DNA of 64,000 nucleotides from Acidobacteriota bacterium (lineage in GTDB: Bacteria > Acidobacteriota > CAIWXX01). Location: NCBI GenBank assembly GCA_040755995.1, contig JBFMAF010000023.1:224001-288000 (forward strand), read 5' to 3'. How positions within the stretch are numbered: the first letter of the stretch is position 1; each line of letters opens with the position of its first letter. The translations under genes were made by a program, and so were the position numbers. Of the stretch, positions 19,486-29,705 are shown piece by piece. The notes below the pieces were generated by a model. The model made no database searches, was not told the DNA's origin, and saw only the letters and a program-made list of their open reading frames with translations.

Positions 19486-20640
19486 TCACCGCCCCTCCTT
19501 AGGTGCAGCCGCTTCGATCGCCTTCAGAGCCTCGCCGATGGGCAGGAGTTTGCGGAAGTGGCACATGTTCAGCAGTCCGGCCTCGATGAGGTATCGAGGG
19601 TTGTGGATGAACTTCAGGTTGGCGTCGATCTGCATGAGGAACTGGAGGTGGCGGAGGAGGTCGGCGTCCTGCGGGAAGAGCCCGGCGACGTCGCGGAGCC
19701 CCGCGATGTCCTCGCTGTAAACGTCGAGAATCTTGTCGGGGGCCCGAGCTACTTTCACGATCAGCACCTGGCGCAGGTAGTTTTCGAAGTCGTGCAGGAA
19801 ATTGATGAGATCGTAGCCGCTGTCTACGATCTGGGCGATCTCGTCGAGGATGGCGCCGCCGTTCTGCTCGGCCAGTGCCTGCGCGACGCGCCGGTGCACG
19901 TCCGCGGGCATGATGTTGAGGATGACATTGACCTCGTCGTCGCGGACGCTGTCGCCGCAGTAGGCGACGAGCTGATCCAGGAGCGAGATGCCGTCGCGCG
20001 AGCTGCCGGCGGCCAGGCGCGCGACCTGGTAGAGAGCGCGCTCGGTGATCGTGACCGACTCCTTCTCGCATATCGATTTCAGGTGGTCGACGAGTGTCGG
20101 AATGGCGAGCGGACGGAAGAAGAAGACCTGGCATCGCGACAGGATCGTCGCCGGGACCTTGCGGTACTCGGTGGTGGCGAAGATGAAGACGATCCAGGAG
20201 GGCGGCTCTTCGAGCGTCTTCAGCAGGGCGTTGAATGCCGCCTGCGTGACCATGTGCACTTCGTCTATGATCACGACCTTGTATCGATCGCGGAACGGCG
20301 TGTACCGAACGTCCTCGCGCAGCTCGCGGATCTGATCCACACCTCCGCTGCTCGCGCCGTCGATCTCCATTATGTCCACGGCGTTCCCGGCCAGCGCCTC
20401 CTTGCAGCTCGTGCACTCGTTGCACGGGGATGCGGTGGGGCCGCTGGCGCAGTTGAGTGCTTTGGCGAGCAGCCGCGCCGTGGTGGTCTTGCCGATGCCT
20501 CGCATTCCAGAGAAGAGATACGCGTGGTGGATCCGCCGCCGTTCGAGACTGTTGCGAAGTGTCGTGACGATCGGCTCCTGGCCCACCACCTCCTCGAAGG
20601 ACTGCGGGCGATGCTTGCGCGCGAGTGCCAGATAGCTCAT
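19486..20640 (-). CDS. dnaX: DNA polymerase III subunit gamma/tau (short form)
   Basis: 'ALARKHRP', GxRGxGKTT, zinc motif, DEVHM, SRC. Confidence 0.97.
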   Translation of the reverse strand: MSYLALARKHRPQSFEEVVGQEPIVTTLRNSLERRRIHHAYLFSGMRGIGKTTTARLLAKALNCASGPTASPCNECTSCKEALAGNAVDIMEIDGASSGGVDQIRELREDVRYTPFRDRYKVVIIDEVHMVTQAAFNALLKTLEEPPSWIVFIFATTEYRKVPATILSRCQVFFFRPLAIPTLVDHLKSICEKESVTITERALYQVARLAAGSSRDGISLLDQLVAYCGDSVRDDEVNVILNIMPADVHRRVAQALAEQNGGAILDEIAQIVDSGYDLINFLHDFENYLRQVLIVKVARAPDKILDVYSEDIAGLRDVAGLFPQDADLLRHLQFLMQIDANLKFIHNPRYLIEAGLLNMCHFRKLLPIGEALKAIEAAAPKEGR

Positions 20641-20734
20641 GGGGCAGTTGGCGGTTGTCAGTTGCCAGTCGTCAGTGAGAGTCGCGTGATCATTGTCGCT
20701 GCCGTCCGCACGTTTTATTAGAAAAATGCCCGGC

Positions 20735-20840
20735 GGTGGCCCCCGGTTGACCGCGGCACATGAGGCGTTCTGCTTACCGTTGCTTCCTTCCGGACCTGGC
20801 GGGGTTCACAGTGCCTCATTGCACGGGACCGGAGTCCACC
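20735..20840 (-). ncRNA. ffs: Small bacterial SRP RNA (4.5S)
   Basis: Minus strand reads GTGAACCCCGCCAGGTCCGGAAGGAAGCAACGGTAAGC inside a long hairpin, upstream of dnaX. Confidence 0.95.
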
Positions 20841-20965
20841 CTCCGAGGCACTCTTACAATATCAAGAATCTCTCGCCAGTTCCAGTTGACCCCTGACCCC
20901 TGATGATTCAGCCAAAGGGATCTTGCACGGACAATCCTAGTCGCTCAGCACATGTGAGACGCGGC

Positions 20966-21013
20966 CTTGACAGAATCTTGATGCCACGCGGGTGTTATTT
21001 GACCCCGTCTTGA
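20966..21013 (+). promoter_or_regulatory. Phased TTGA direct repeats upstream of the kdp operon
   Basis: TTGA at 20967, 20978, 20999, 21010 (11, 21, 11 bp spacing). Confidence 0.5.
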
Positions 21014-21192
21014 TCTGTCGAGAGCTACATTTCTCTTTGACCGGGCGCCGCAGCCGAAGGTTCGGATGCGGTCGCCGGGAGGGAGATTGTGGAACTGCTT
21101 CACGTGGCCCACCGCGCCGGACCGTCGGGAGGAATGAGCCGCCAGCGGCGCTTCTGGTTCCGTGCGATGGCCACGTTTGTGAAGGAGGCAAG

Positions 21193-21507
21193 ATGGAAGT
21201 GATCGAGATCAGACCGAACCTGGTAGCCGACCCGGAAGGCCGGGGACTGAGTGACTTCTTCGCCGCCCAGCTCGTCTGCGAGCGTGCCACGGCCCGGCGT
21301 GTGTTCCTCGCACACATGACGGCGATCCTCGGCGTTCCTGTCTGGTTCTGCGCCACGATCTCGCAACTACGAACGCTGCGAGAGCCCGCGTTGATCCTGT
21401 TCGCGATAGTCGCTGCGGCTCTTGCCGTCTCGTTCGTCACAGAGATCCGCTGCCGTCTCGCGGTCAGCGAAGCTGAGAAACACGTCAGAGTCAACAGGGT
21501 CGGATGA
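21193..21507 (+). CDS. Small hypothetical membrane protein at the head of the kdp operon
   Basis: SD AAGGAGG, 104 aa, two hydrophobic segments. Confidence 0.65.
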   Translation: MEVIEIRPNLVADPEGRGLSDFFAAQLVCERATARRVFLAHMTAILGVPVWFCATISQLRTLREPALILFAIVAAALAVSFVTEIRCRLAVSEAEKHVRVNRVG

Positions 21508-21515
21508 GGCTGACC

Positions 21516-21599
21516 ATGGCTGACGTAGTCCTCTTGCTTCTGACGATCGCGTTTTTCGCAATGAGCTGGGCGTTTGCCCGCGCCTGCGGGCGACTTTAG
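21516..21599 (+). CDS. 27-aa hydrophobic peptide upstream of kdpF
   Basis: Hand translation MADVVLLLLTIAFFAMSWAFARACGRL; SD GAGG; absent from the ORF track. Confidence 0.7.
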   Translation: MADVVLLLLTIAFFAMSWAFARACGRL

Positions 21600-21607
21600 G
21601 AGAACGT

Positions 21608-21697
21608 ATGCATGTCGAATACTGGCTCGGGGCGGCGCTTGCGCTGCTGCTCCTCGTGTACCTGGTCTATGCGCTCGTGCGCGCGGAAGAGTTCTAG
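21608..21697 (+). CDS. kdpF: K+-transporting ATPase subunit F
   Basis: MHVEYWLGAALALLLLVYLVYALVRAEEF (YLxYALxxxExF); SD AGGAG. Confidence 0.9.
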   Translation: MHVEYWLGAALALLLLVYLVYALVRAEEF

Positions 21698-21736
21698 CCG
21701 CATGCTGACAACAGAAAGGCGATCCGGGAGCTCCTC

Positions 21737-23458
21737 ATGACAGTCATAGGGTGGTCGCAGATCCTCATCTACGCGCTGCTTGTGCTGCTTGTCACTAAGC
21801 CCGCCGGCGTATATCTCTATCGAGTCTTCGAGAGCGAGCGGCGTCCGTTGCCGAGCGTCTTCGGCCGTCTGGAGCGATTCGTGTGCCGCCTCTGCGGGGT
21901 CGACGATCACGCCGGGCAGACCTGGAAGGAGTACACGCTGGCGTTGCTCGCGTTCAGCGTGCTCGGCATCCTGGTCACCTACGCGATCGAGCGCTCGCAG
22001 CACGTGCTGCCGTTCAACCCGCAGCGATTCCCGCCGGTGGCTCCGGCGCTTGCCTGGAGTACCGCCGTGAGTTTCACCACCAACACCAACTGGCAGGCGT
22101 ACGCCGGCGAATCGACTATGAGCTATTTTGCGCAGATGGCCGGCCTGGCCTGGCACAACTTCACATCCGCCGCCGCCGGCATCGCTGTAGCCCTCGCGCT
22201 CGCGCGTGGGCTGACGCGCCAGTCGGGGCCGGCCGGACCCCAGACGATCGGCAACTTCTGGATCGACCTGATCCGGTCCGTTCTCTATGTGCTGCTCCCC
22301 GTGTCCATCGTCGTCGCGCTGGTCTTCGTCGGGATGGGGATGATCCAGAACCTCTCTCCCTATGTCGAGGTCGCGACGCTCGATGGCGGCAGCCAGGCGA
22401 TCGCGATGGGGCCGGTGGCGTCGCAGGAGGTCATCAAGGAGCTCGGCACCAACGGCGGCGGGTTCTTCAACGCCAACGCCGCGCATCCATTCGAGAATCC
22501 GACTCCGCTGACGAATCTGATCGAGCTGCTGCTCATTTTCGTTATCCCGGCGGGGCTCACATACACGTACGGCCGCATGGCGGGGGACGCCCGGCAGGGA
22601 TGGGGGATCTTCGCCGCGATGGCGGTGCTCTTCTTGGCCGGCATCACCGCCGCGTACTGGGCCGAGTCGCACGGCAACCCGGCCCTCGCGCGGCTCGGTG
22701 TTGAGGAGCCGATCGGAAACATGGAGGGCAAGGAGGTGCGCTTCGGCATCTCCGCCTCGACACTCTTCGCCACGGTGACCACGGACGCATCCTGCGGAGC
22801 GGTCAACTCCATGCACGACAGCTACACCCCGCTCGGCGGTCTCGTGCCGCTCGTCAACATCCAGCTCGGCGAGGTCATCTTCGGCGGAGTTGGCGCCGGA
22901 CTCTACGGGATGCTCGTCATGGTGCTGCTTTCGGTGTTCATTGCGGGGCTGATGGTCGGGCGCACTCCCGAGTACCTCGGCAAGAAGATCGAGGCGAAAG
23001 AGATGAAGCTCGCGATGCTCTACATCCTGGTGTTCCCGATCGCCATCCTTGTCTTGTCGGCATGGTCGGCGGTGGCGAGCTACGGGACGTCGTCGCTCAA
23101 CAACTCGGGGCCCCACGGGCTCTCCGAGATCCTCTACGCCTGTACGAGCGGCGCGGGCAACAACGGCTCCGCGTTCGCCGGTCTCAATGCGAATACCGCA
23201 TGGTGGAATATCTCCCTCGGCCTGGACATGCTCATCGGGCGGTTCTTGATGATGATTCCGGCATTGGCCATCGCAGGATCGATGGTCGGGAAGAAAGTCG
23301 TACCGGCAGGCCCGGGCACATTCCCCACCACCGGTCCGCTCTTCACGTTCGTGCTCGTATCGGTAGTGATCGTTGTGGGAGCCCTGACGTTCTTTCCAGC
23401 GCTCAGCCTCGGGCCCGTGGTGGAACACTTTCTTGGGGCAGCAGGGAGGACATTCTGA
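21737..23458 (+). CDS. kdpA: K+-transporting ATPase subunit A
   Basis: '[12 protein letters not shown]', 'LGTNGGG', 'SCGAVN.MH', 'NNGSAF'. Confidence 0.98.
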   Translation: MTVIGWSQILIYALLVLLVTKPAGVYLYRVFESERRPLPSVFGRLERFVCRLCGVDDHAGQTWKEYTLALLAFSVLGILVTYAIERSQHVLPFNPQRFPPVAPALAWSTAVSFTTNTNWQAYAGESTMSYFAQMAGLAWHNFTSAAAGIAVALALARGLTRQSGPAGPQTIGNFWIDLIRSVLYVLLPVSIVVALVFVGMGMIQNLSPYVEVATLDGGSQAIAMGPVASQEVIKELGTNGGGFFNANAAHPFENPTPLTNLIELLLIFVIPAGLTYTYGRMAGDARQGWGIFAAMAVLFLAGITAAYWAESHGNPALARLGVEEPIGNMEGKEVRFGISASTLFATVTTDASCGAVNSMHDSYTPLGGLVPLVNIQLGEVIFGGVGAGLYGMLVMVLLSVFIAGLMVGRTPEYLGKKIEAKEMKLAMLYILVFPIAILVLSAWSAVASYGTSSLNNSGPHGLSEILYACTSGAGNNGSAFAGLNANTAWWNISLGLDMLIGRFLMMIPALAIAGSMVGKKVVPAGPGTFPTTGPLFTFVLVSVVIVVGALTFFPALSLGPVVEHFLGAAGRTF

Positions 23459-25506
23459 TGCCGGCAATGAGAGCAAAGGCTGTGCCGCTCTTCGATTGGG
23501 AGATCCTCCGTAAGGCCGTCCCCGAGAGCTTCCGAAAGCTCGCGCCGCTGCACGTCGCAAAGAACCCCGTGATGTTCGTCGTCGAAGTGGGGAGTGTCCT
23601 GACCTCCGTGTTGTGGGTTCGCGATCTTGTCGCCGGCCACCCGAGCGCGCCACTGTGGTTCACGGGTCAGGTCGCGATATGGTTGTGGTTCACGGTGGTG
23701 TTCGCCAACTTCGCCGAAGCCGTCGCAGAAGGGCGCGGCAAGGCGCAGGCCGAGAGCCTCAGAAAGATGCGTACGGAATTGACGGCCGTGCGCCGAGTCG
23801 ACGGCAGAGAGGAGACCGTGCCGGCATCCAGGCTGGGCAAGGGGGACGTTGTCATCGTCGAGGCGGGGATGCTTATCCCGGGAGATGGAGAAGTGATCGA
23901 GGGCATTGCGTCGGTCGACGAATCTGCTATCACCGGCGAATCGGCTCCGGTGATCCGGGAGTCCGGCGGCGATCGATCGGCCGTGACGGGCGGCACGAAG
24001 GTGCTCTCGGATCGAATCGTCGTGCGCATCACCGCGAACCCCGGCGAATCGTTCCTGGATCGGATGATCGAGCTCGTCGAGGGAGCCTCACGCCAGAAGA
24101 CCCCGAACGAGATCGCGCTCCACATCCTGCTGGTCGGCCTGACGATCGTGTTCCTGATCGCCTGCGTGACGCTGGTGCCGCTGGCCCTGTACTCGGGCGT
24201 TGCGCTGTCAACGACCTCGGTGGTGGCGCTTCTCGTCTGCCTCATCCCGACTACCATCGGCGGCCTCCTCTCCGCGATCGGAATCGCCGGCATGGACCGG
24301 CTCTTGCGCAAGAACGTCATCGCGATGAGCGGCCGCGCGGTGGAGGCCGCGGGCGACGTGGACGTTCTCCTTCTCGACAAGACCGGCACCATCACGCTCG
24401 GAAACCGGATGGCAACCGGCTTCATCCCTCTGCCAGGCGTGACCGAGGTTGAGCTCGCCGACGCGGCTCAGCTGGCCAGCCTGGCGGACGAGACGCCCGA
24501 GGGCCGCTCGATCGTCGTCCTCGCCAAGGAGAAGTACCGCCTTCGAGGCCGCGACGTGCGGCAGATCGGTGCGAGCTTCGTTCCATTCTCGGCCCATACG
24601 CGGATGAGCGGCTGCGACCTGGACGGCCGGCGGATCCGGAAGGGCGCAGTCGACGCGATCCGCAAACACGTCGTGTCGCTCGGTGGGCGGGCCTCCGACG
24701 GCCTCGATGCCATCGCACAGGCTATCGGCGATTCAGGCGGCACACCGCTGGCGGTCTCCGACGGCGATCGCCTGCTCGGCGTGATCCACCTCAAGGACGT
24801 CGTGAAGGGCGGCATCAGGGAGCGGTTCGCTCGGTTCCGCGCCATGGGCATTCGGACAGTGATGATCACGGGCGACAACCCTCGAACCGCCGCCGCCATC
24901 GCGGCCGAAGCGGGAGTGGATGATTTCCTGGCCGAAGCGACGCCTGAGCGGAAGATGGTGCTCATCAAGGAGGAACAGGCCAAGGGCAAGCTGGTCGCGA
25001 TGACCGGAGACGGCACGAACGATGCTCCGGCTCTCGCCCAGGCCGACGTCGGCGTCGCCATGAATACGGGCACTCAGGCGGCCAAGGAGGCCGGTAACAT
25101 GATCGACCTCGACTCCAATCCCACGAAGCTCCTGGAGGTCGTGGAGGTCGGCAAGCAGCTCCTGATGACGCGCGGCAACCTGACCACCTTCTCGATCGCC
25201 AACGATGTGGCGAAGTATTTCGCCATTCTGCCGGCGATGTTCATGTCGGTGTTCCCGGAGATAACACCGCTCAACCTCATGCATCTCGCATCGCCGCAGA
25301 GCGCGATTCTCTCAGCCGTGATCTTCAACGCGCTCATCATCGTGTTGCTCATCCCGCTTGCGTTACGCGGCGTGCGCTACAGGCCGCTTGGGGCAGCAGC
25401 GCTCCTCCGGCGCTCGCTGTCCATCTACGGCCTCGGCGGGATTGTCGCCCCGTTTGTGGGCATCAAGGCCGTCGACATCGCTCTTCAAGCGATGCATGTC
25501 CTCTGA
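23458..25506 (+). CDS. kdpB: K+-transporting ATPase subunit B
   Basis: TGES, DKTGT, TGDN, GDGTND, '[11 protein letters not shown]'. Confidence 0.98.
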   Translation: MPAMRAKAVPLFDWEILRKAVPESFRKLAPLHVAKNPVMFVVEVGSVLTSVLWVRDLVAGHPSAPLWFTGQVAIWLWFTVVFANFAEAVAEGRGKAQAESLRKMRTELTAVRRVDGREETVPASRLGKGDVVIVEAGMLIPGDGEVIEGIASVDESAITGESAPVIRESGGDRSAVTGGTKVLSDRIVVRITANPGESFLDRMIELVEGASRQKTPNEIALHILLVGLTIVFLIACVTLVPLALYSGVALSTTSVVALLVCLIPTTIGGLLSAIGIAGMDRLLRKNVIAMSGRAVEAAGDVDVLLLDKTGTITLGNRMATGFIPLPGVTEVELADAAQLASLADETPEGRSIVVLAKEKYRLRGRDVRQIGASFVPFSAHTRMSGCDLDGRRIRKGAVDAIRKHVVSLGGRASDGLDAIAQAIGDSGGTPLAVSDGDRLLGVIHLKDVVKGGIRERFARFRAMGIRTVMITGDNPRTAAAIAAEAGVDDFLAEATPERKMVLIKEEQAKGKLVAMTGDGTNDAPALAQADVGVAMNTGTQAAKEAGNMIDLDSNPTKLLEVVEVGKQLLMTRGNLTTFSIANDVAKYFAILPAMFMSVFPEITPLNLMHLASPQSAILSAVIFNALIIVLLIPLALRGVRYRPLGAAALLRRSLSIYGLGGIVAPFVGIKAVDIALQAMHVL

Positions 25507-25514
25507 GGTTAACC

Positions 25515-26108
25515 ATGAAAGAGACACTTGTCATCGCTATGCGCACGACGCTGGTTACACTGCTGCTCACCGGCCTGGCCTATCCGCTTCTCGTCACCGG
25601 CCTTGCGCAACTGATCTTCCCGCACCAGGCGAACGGCAGCCTGGTTCGGGACGAGCGCGGGCGAATCGTGGGCTCCGAGCTGATTGGCCAGGCGTTCACA
25701 AGCCCGGCCTACTTGCAGCCCCGGCCGTCGGCAGCCGGTGCCGGCGGGTACGACGCCGCCGCATCCTCCGGCTCGAATCTCGGGCCGACCTCCGCCAGGT
25801 TGCGAGAGCGAGTAGCGGCGGAGGCGGAGCGTCTGCGCAGCGCTAATCCGGAGAAGCGTGAGATCCCCGCCGACCTCGTCACGACCTCGGCCAGCGGGCT
25901 CGATCCCCACATCTCACCCGAGGCGGCTCTCTGGCAGGTCCCGCGCATCGCCGCGGCGAGACGAGTCGCACCCGTTCGGGTGCGCGGTGTCGTCGAGGCG
26001 AATGTCGAGGGGCGCGAGCTTGGCATCCTGGGCGAGCCCAGAGTGAACGTGCTACTCGTGAACCTGGCCCTCGACCGGCAGTTCGGCCGCCCGGGGAGCC
26101 TGCCTTGA
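25515..26108 (+). CDS. kdpC: K+-transporting ATPase subunit C
   Basis: 'QANGSL', 'GSELIGQ', '[11 protein letters not shown]', 'RVNVL..NLALD'. Confidence 0.97.
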   Translation: MKETLVIAMRTTLVTLLLTGLAYPLLVTGLAQLIFPHQANGSLVRDERGRIVGSELIGQAFTSPAYLQPRPSAAGAGGYDAAASSGSNLGPTSARLRERVAAEAERLRSANPEKREIPADLVTTSASGLDPHISPEAALWQVPRIAAARRVAPVRVRGVVEANVEGRELGILGEPRVNVLLVNLALDRQFGRPGSLP

Positions 26109-26226
26109 GAGGCATGAGAGGTTGCCGCTCGGCCAAGTGAGCCTGACACCGCGAAGTGAATCGATTTCACGAGTCCCAGTTGTCACTGCAGATGACGGGG
26201 TGTCTCGATCGACCGAGCACGGGAGA

Positions 26227-27375
26227 ATGACGAAGGATCGCACGCGTGCGGAGGATTTCCTCGAGCTCCTCGAGCGCGCCAGGCGGGGACGCCTGAAGGT
26301 GTACCTCGGGTTCGCGGCGGGCGTCGGCAAGACCTACCGGATGCTGGAGGAGGCACATTCGCTGAAGAAGAGGGGTATGGATGTCGTGATCGGCCTGGTG
26401 GAGCCACACGGGCGGCCCGAGACGGCTGCCCTCATCGATGGGCTCGAAGTCGTCCCCCGCAAGCGCATCGAGTACCGGGGTGTAGTAGTAGAAGAGATGG
26501 ACCTCGACGCCGTCCTCGCCCGGCGCCCCCAGATCGCCATCGTCGATGAGCTGGCGCACACGAATGCGCCGGGGTCCAGAAACCGCAGGCGATACCAGGA
26601 CGTGCTGGAGATCTGCGAGGCAGGCTTCAACGTCATCTGCGCGTTCAACGTACAGCACCTCGAATCTCTGAAAGATCTCGTGGAGCGCGAGACCGGCGTC
26701 GTGGTGCGAGAGACGGTTCCGGACACGTTCTTGAGGCAGGCCGACCAGGTGGTGACATTGGATCTCAGCGTCGAGGACCTCGTCGAACGCCTTCATGGCG
26801 GGAAGATCTATACACAAGACAAGGTGGCGTGGGCGCTCCAGCACTTCTTCAAAGACCGCAACTTGAAGACGCTGCGCGAGCTCGTCCTGCGGGAGGTTGC
26901 GGAGAGCGTCGAGCGATCCGGCAGTCCGCCCGAGGGTTCGGCGCAGGCCGGCCCGACGCCCGTCGCCTGGAAGATCATGGTGTGCATGTCGTCCTATTCG
27001 CCGCGGGCCACGGCGCTTCTCCGTCGTGGCTCCCGCATGGCCGGGCGGCTTTCGACCGATTGGTACGTCGTCTATGTCGAGACGCCACAGGAAGCCCCCA
27101 ACCAAATCGATGCGGCAATCCAGCGGCATCTTCACGAGAACATCCAGATCGCCCGCGAGCTGGGCGCGGAGGTGGCGCATATCAAGGGGCGTGAGCCGGT
27201 TCGTGCCATCCTGGACTTTGCGAATTCCCACGGGGTGGGCCATCTCATCGTCGGGCGGTCGCACCAGCCGTGGTGGAAGCGGTTCCTCGGAATCGACTTC
27301 GTCCAACGGATCGTGCGGGAGGCGACGGATGTCGACGTGCAGGTTGTGGCGTTCGAGGAGCCTGAACGGCCATGA
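26227..27375 (+). CDS. kdpD: Stand-alone KdpD N-terminal + Usp domain protein
   Basis: 'GRLKVYLG.A.GVGKTY.ML', 'VDELAHTN', 'NVQHLESL'; Usp C-terminus; no TM or kinase. Confidence 0.92.
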   Translation: MTKDRTRAEDFLELLERARRGRLKVYLGFAAGVGKTYRMLEEAHSLKKRGMDVVIGLVEPHGRPETAALIDGLEVVPRKRIEYRGVVVEEMDLDAVLARRPQIAIVDELAHTNAPGSRNRRRYQDVLEICEAGFNVICAFNVQHLESLKDLVERETGVVVRETVPDTFLRQADQVVTLDLSVEDLVERLHGGKIYTQDKVAWALQHFFKDRNLKTLRELVLREVAESVERSGSPPEGSAQAGPTPVAWKIMVCMSSYSPRATALLRRGSRMAGRLSTDWYVVYVETPQEAPNQIDAAIQRHLHENIQIARELGAEVAHIKGREPVRAILDFANSHGVGHLIVGRSHQPWWKRFLGIDFVQRIVREATDVDVQVVAFEEPERP

Positions 27376-28709
27376 CGCTGCGGAGGAAGCTCCTCTTGGC
27401 CCAGCTGCCGCTCGGGCTCGTCCTCACTCTCCTGGGGATCGTCTCAGTCGTCACGGTCGACACCCTGGGTAAGACATCCGACCGCATCCTGAGGGACAAC
27501 TACCGGAGCGTGCTTTCGGCACAACGAATGAAGGAGTTCGTCGAGCGCATCGACACTGCGGCGCTCTTCCTGGTCGCCGGTGAGAACGAACGAGGCATAG
27601 CTCAGGCCGAAACCTACCGCACCCCCTTCGAGCAAGAGCTGAGAGTCCAGGAAGGAAACATCACCGAAGCCGGCGAGCTGGAGGCCACGCGAGAGCTCCG
27701 CGCCGCCTGGAGTGCCTACACAAGGGCGTTCGACGAGCTCGAGGCAAACCCCGTGGCGGCCGTCTATTTCGACAGACTCGAGCCACGGTTCAAGGCCGTC
27801 AGTGCAGCCGCGGACGCTGTTCTGGCGCTCAATCAAGATGCGATGGTCCGCAAGAGCGAGGAGGCCCGCAAGATCGCCCGCAGCAAGATGAACCTGATGA
27901 CCGGTGTCACACTACTCGCGCTGTGCGCTGGTATCTTCTCCTCCTTCTGGCTCACCAGCCGCCTCATGCTTCCTCTCGAGAGCTTGAGCCTGGCCGTCAG
28001 GCGCGTGGGGGAAGGCGACCACTCGGCACGAGCGGCGGTGGAGGGCGATGACGAAATCGCGCATCTCGCGCGGGAGATCAACGAGATGACAACGCGCATC
28101 GAGACGTATCGACGAAGCTCGCTTGGCGAGCTGCTGCAGGCGCAGCTCGCCTCGCAAGCCGCCATCGACAGTATCCCGGATCCAGTGATCATCTTCGCCG
28201 TTGATGGCGGCCTGCTCTGCTCGAACCAGGCAGCCGACATCATGCTCGACATGGACATCTCGCAGGGGTCGTCCGGGGGCCTGGCGCCGGTCGATCAAGA
28301 GCTGAGGGCGGCAATCGAGCGGGTTCGGGATCACGTCCTGACGGGGAAAGGACCGTACCTGCCCAAGGGGCTCGATGAGGCCGTCACAATGCCCTCCTCT
28401 GAGGGAGAACGATACTTGCTGCCGCGAGCCACACCGGTCTACAGCGAAGAGAAAGTGATTACGGGCGTCACCGTGATCCTGCAGGACGTGACCCGTCTCC
28501 GCCGATTCGATGATCTCCGGCGGAACCTCTCGGCGGGCTTCGCCCACCAGATCGGCGTCCCGCTCGGTTCGCTGCGCATGGCGATCCATGTGTGTATCGA
28601 TGGAGCGGCGGGCGAGCTGACTCCGAAGCAGCTCGACATCCTCTACGCTGCTCGCGACGAGTGCGAGCGCATGCAGACGATCGTCGAGGAGTTCCAGGAC
28701 CTCACATGA
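27372..28709 (+). CDS. Membrane sensor (4-helix bundle, HAMP, PAS, degenerate HisKA) without HATPase domain
   Basis: 2 TM, HAMP 'DEIAHLAREINEM', PAS 'IDSIPDPV...LQDVT', H-box 'AHQIGVPL', then stop. Confidence 0.85.
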   Translation: MTLRRKLLLAQLPLGLVLTLLGIVSVVTVDTLGKTSDRILRDNYRSVLSAQRMKEFVERIDTAALFLVAGENERGIAQAETYRTPFEQELRVQEGNITEAGELEATRELRAAWSAYTRAFDELEANPVAAVYFDRLEPRFKAVSAAADAVLALNQDAMVRKSEEARKIARSKMNLMTGVTLLALCAGIFSSFWLTSRLMLPLESLSLAVRRVGEGDHSARAAVEGDDEIAHLAREINEMTTRIETYRRSSLGELLQAQLASQAAIDSIPDPVIIFAVDGGLLCSNQAADIMLDMDISQGSSGGLAPVDQELRAAIERVRDHVLTGKGPYLPKGLDEAVTMPSSEGERYLLPRATPVYSEEKVITGVTVILQDVTRLRRFDDLRRNLSAGFAHQIGVPLGSLRMAIHVCIDGAAGELTPKQLDILYAARDECERMQTIVEEFQDLT

Positions 28710-29191
28710 AGCTCGCCGACTTCCTCGGACCCGACGCCGTGATACCGGAGCTGCAGGGGCGGGATCCCCGATCGGTGCTCGCGGATCTCAGCGCTCCAAT
28801 CGCCGAGGCCGAGGGGTTGAGCACGTCGGAACTGGTGGAAGGTCTCCTCGAGCGGGAGGCGTTGGGTTCGACCGCCGTCGGCGACGGTGTCGCGCTTCCG
28901 CACGCGAGGTTTGCGAAGCTGACGAGGTTGACGGCGAGCTTCGGCCGTTCGAGAGCCGGGATACCCTTTGGTGCCGCAGACGGCGAGCCGGTGCATCTCT
29001 TCTTCGCGATCTTCACGCCGGAGGACCTGGCCGGAGCCCACCTCAAGGCCCTGGCACACGTGAGCCGCGTCCTGGGCAATCCCGCTATTCGCGAGGCCGC
29101 GCTGAGCGCCGCGGACGCCGACGAGATCTACCGGGCTCTCATCTCGAACGACAGGCCCTCGCCTGTCGTGCCTGATCGAGGCGCCACCTGA
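28706..29191 (+). CDS. ptsN: PTS EIIA (Ntr-type)
   Basis: 'EREALGSTAVGDGVALPHAR', 'HLKALA.VSR'; ATGA overlap with the sensor. Confidence 0.85.
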   Translation: MKLADFLGPDAVIPELQGRDPRSVLADLSAPIAEAEGLSTSELVEGLLEREALGSTAVGDGVALPHARFAKLTRLTASFGRSRAGIPFGAADGEPVHLFFAIFTPEDLAGAHLKALAHVSRVLGNPAIREAALSAADADEIYRALISNDRPSPVVPDRGAT

Positions 29192-29350
29192 GGCGACTTC
29201 GGCTACGCGCCGGGGGTGGGCAAGACACACCCGATATTGGAGTCTGGCCGGCGCCTCGTGGCCCAGCACGTCGATGAGGTCGTGGGATGCGTTGAGCCAC
29301 ACGGCCGTCCGCAAACAGCCGAGCTGGTGGACGGCATCGGGGTGACGCCG
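29177..29350 (+). pseudogene. Remnant of a second kdpD 5' end
   Basis: Translates ...FGYAPGVGKTHPILE...VVGCVEPHGRPQTAELVDGI.VTP, matching the KdpD N-terminus. Confidence 0.75.
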
Positions 29351-29705
29351 CACGACTGGAGCACGCCTTCCAGTACGACTTGGCCAAGTAGCGAGGGATT
29401 CCGTCGCTTACCGGACCAGATCTTGTCTAGGCCGGCAACCGCACTTCACGCGTGGACTCTGTGAGCGTCCAGTCATGGGGTGTGATCAACATCATCTTGG
29501 CCAATCCGTGGGGCAGTACCTGCTCCGGCCAGGAGATTCTCATCAGACTTGCCGGCGCTGTGCAGCATAGACGGTTACGATACCAGACATTCGTCGGCAT
29601 GCAAACAAGTCAGCGGAGCCACAGTCACCAAGGCATAGAACGATATACCTTCTTTCGATGGCCATTGCTTTCGACATCGCTGTAGTGCACAATTGTCGGG
29701 ATCAA

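Noticed and set aside
18688..20721. Long antisense ORFs (677 aa here, 685 aa opposite kdpA, and others)
   Set aside because: Shadow frames of real high-GC genes
21040..21190. c-di-AMP riboswitch ahead of kdp
   Set aside because: GC-rich but lacks recognisable ydaO consensus blocks
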